DNA of 64,000 nucleotides. Source: Callorhinchus milii. Its lineage: Eukaryota. Made by a program: the position numbers and the translations under genes. The notes under the pieces were generated by a model. The model saw only the letters and a program-made list of their open reading frames with translations, was not told where the DNA came from and searched no databases. The stretch's first letter is position 1. Each line of letters begins with the position of its first letter. Location: positions 15,934,001-15,998,000 of the forward strand of contig NW_024704742.1 of NCBI RefSeq assembly GCF_018977255.1, in the 5' to 3' direction. Positions 63,325 through 64,000 of this stretch are shown here, piece after piece.

Positions 63325-63615
63325 CAACAAAAACAACAAATTACATTTATATAGTACCTTTCCCGTCAGGGGGATGTCTCAAGGCACTGGACAATCAAGG
63401 ATTTGCAGCTGAGCTGGGGGTTGGAGTCAGTAAGGGTGGAGTACAGGGAAAGGTGGGAGTGCAAGGGTGACCTAAGACGCAGTCGAACAGGAGGGTCTTG
63501 AGACAGGCCTTGAAGGAGGAGGCAAGGCAAAGGGACTGTGGGATGGAGTTCCAAAGGGTGGGGGCAGAGAGGTTGAAGGCCGGACCGCCGATGGTGGGGC
63601 GGGCAGGGCGGGGAC
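63325..63615 (-). mobile_element. L2 3' fragment
   Basis: GGATGGAGTTCCAAAGGGTGGGGGCAGAGAGG as in 31700-31760; (CAA)n tail. Confidence 0.85.
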
Positions 63616-64000
63616 ATGGATTCCCACTTAATTACTTCCCATTACAGTATCAAGCTGTTTTTTTAAAAATGAGCTCAACATCCTTTCCTCAACCTCCCTT
63701 CTTGGTAACCTATTCCAGTCATCACTCACCATGTAGCTATGCTGAATGCATTGTACATGTGATAATCTTGAGAGGCAATGTGTTCGATGAATGATATTCA
63801 CAAATATTATTTGATGTGCTGATTGCTATTTCCAATTTGTGAACATCTGAACTTGTTTGATGTGTGAGATTCACTAAACAGCTAATTGTGAATCCTGAAG
63901 AGTAGTCTTTTGCTTGGGTTTTAGTGGATAATAAATGAGCAATTTAGCAATTAGCGGTTTTGCGAATGTGGTAAATTAAATGGCTTTTGAGAATCACAAG

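Overview
Vertebrate genomic DNA, not prokaryotic. The repeat content (tRNA-head Deu-domain SINEs with (ATT)n tails, L2 and CR1 LINE fragments) suggests a cartilaginous fish, most likely a chimaera such as Callorhinchus; this is an inference. Two complete multi-exon genes lie in tandem on the + strand. The first is the orphan class-A GPCR GPR78 (3 coding exons, 10045-20964, 339 aa). It is followed ~1.2 kb later by carboxypeptidase Z (CPZ; 11 coding exons including a 30-nt micro-exon, 22155-50476, 645 aa: signal peptide, 10-Cys Frizzled domain, M14B zinc peptidase, transthyretin-like domain, PWWWS tail). All exons were read by hand, have GT-AG boundaries and give continuous frames. The rest is intron or intergenic DNA with >20 young SINE copies, older SINEs, L2/CR1 fragments (several nested), a 319-N gap, and a gene-free 3' region with enhancer-like blocks; HMX1 follows CPZ in mammals. 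I found no convincing new multi-gene system. The most unusual signals are: a perfect 73-bp palindrome upstream of GPR78; a fold-back element with two inverted hammerhead-ribozyme-like cores; an inverted repeat inside the young SINE that coincides with its truncation point; SINE 3' stem-loops that match local L2 tails; an unclassified ~600-nt repeat present four times on the + strand; a duplicated motif-rich non-coding block; and substitutions or charge changes in CPZ and GPR78.
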